Shown here: positions 63,084 to 64,000 of the stretch, piece by piece
How positions within the stretch are numbered: the stretch's first letter is position 1
Layout of the letters: each line of letters begins with the position of its first letter
Assembly (NCBI GenBank): GCA_011109175.1
Contig: RDEW01000007.1
Coordinates: 1,254,295 to 1,318,294, forward strand
Direction of reading: 5' to 3'
DNA length: 64,000 nucleotides
Origin: Dicyema japonicum
Lineage: Eukaryota; Animalia; Dicyemida
Notes under the pieces: generated by a model
Told to the model about the DNA's origin: nothing
Seen by the model: the letters and a program-made list of their open reading frames with translations, nothing else
Databases searched by the model: none
Translations under genes and position numbers: made by a program

Positions 63084-63399
63084 ACGCTAACATTCAAAAA
63101 AAAATCCGAAGTTCATGTATACATATTCCAGTTAAAAAATAATCATTTAAATCTAATATTATTTAAAATAAAAAATTAGATTTTTACTTAGTGATTAAAC
63201 ATTGGTTCAAACTTAAGAATTTTCCCGGACACCATGGCACGGCCAGACGCGATGGCATGCGACAATAAATAATATTTAATCCTAAAATGTGAGTAGTTTT
63301 GACAATTTTTGATATTACTATGATTTAAACATTTTCAAAATTGCCCATATTAATAACACGAAATAAATAATAAACAAATAATAATAACACGACCGACCA

Positions 63400-63700
63400 C
63401 ATACAACATTAATTGAAAAATATGCAATTTTGGCGGAACTATCGAAAATAGTATTCGATGTTTCAAAAACCGCACAAAAGTATCTGGATCTTATATTCAC
63501 AGACAAACCTTTGGTTGTGTGATTTATTGGGAAGACTTTCTGGGTAGAAGTCGGTTAGCAAGCCCTACCGTCATGTATTACTTCTCCTTAACTAATTCCA
63601 GTGTTCCCTTTTATAAAGTGTTCCACGTGGATTCAATGACACCTTCCTACATGTTCAGAATTAAATATTATTTGTAACAATCGATCATCAAATATTCATT
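63400..63700 (+). repeat. unclassified ORF-like dispersed repeat
   Basis: Matches 55560-56000 (minus) and 450-600. Confidence 0.75.
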
Positions 63701-64000
63701 AAATAGACAAAAAATTGAAAAATGTGGTTAAATGTATAAATTACTTAAAACAAAGAAAATTATGTGCGGTTCTTTGTAAATAAATAATCGAAAAACTTGA
63801 AATTAAATGAATAGAAAACAAATTGTATTCTTCTCTATAATTTAAAGGATCAATTCTTAGAAAAGAATGAATCCTCATTTCACAATTTAACTGATAGCAA
63901 CGAGTATTTACTTATATTTATCATTGCAGTTTAATCAGCTCAAATGACTACAGCCAACTGTATTTACTATAACTATTTGTAGTGACAGGAATGAGAATTT

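Noticed and set aside
1-64000. Prokaryotic systems (CRISPR array, operons, defence islands) and rRNA genes
   Set aside because: I saw no regularly spaced direct repeats or rRNA-like sequence; the genes are eukaryotic and intron-containing.

Overview
AT-rich eukaryotic (very probably animal) nuclear DNA with unusually short GT-AG introns (mostly 21-30 nt). Compact housekeeping genes sit in islands among many decayed transposons. Genes recognised: SMC2 (apparently lacking its C-terminal head), a doublecortin-like kinase, PRIM1, an arfaptin-like BAR protein, EXO1, POLR3K/RPC11, a long divergent HEAT-like gene (possibly MMS19), WBP4, an SLC6 transporter, THOC7 and tRNA-Arg(CCG). DCLK and arfaptin point to Metazoa, and the tiny introns suggest a reduced parasite such as a myxozoan or dicyemid (inference only). 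Mobile DNA includes Tc1/IS630, pogo, hAT/Buster, Ginger2/TDD-like, RTE, R4/Dong-like, CRE and Ingi/Vingi-like elements plus tRNA-derived SINEs. The most interesting signal is a ~60-nt motif present six times, whose copies keep compensatory base pairs consistent with an HDV-ribozyme-like nested pseudoknot. In three copies it heads an APE-RT retroelement. In two of these an AUG inside the motif opens a 56-58-codon leader ending in a 2A/StopGo peptide (D[V/I]ExNPG-P) fused to the endonuclease; the third is a frameshifted version. Also notable is a degenerate (CCCTAA)n tract joined to the broken end of one such element. Coordinates of spliced genes and decayed elements were read by eye and are approximate; no searches or folding were run.
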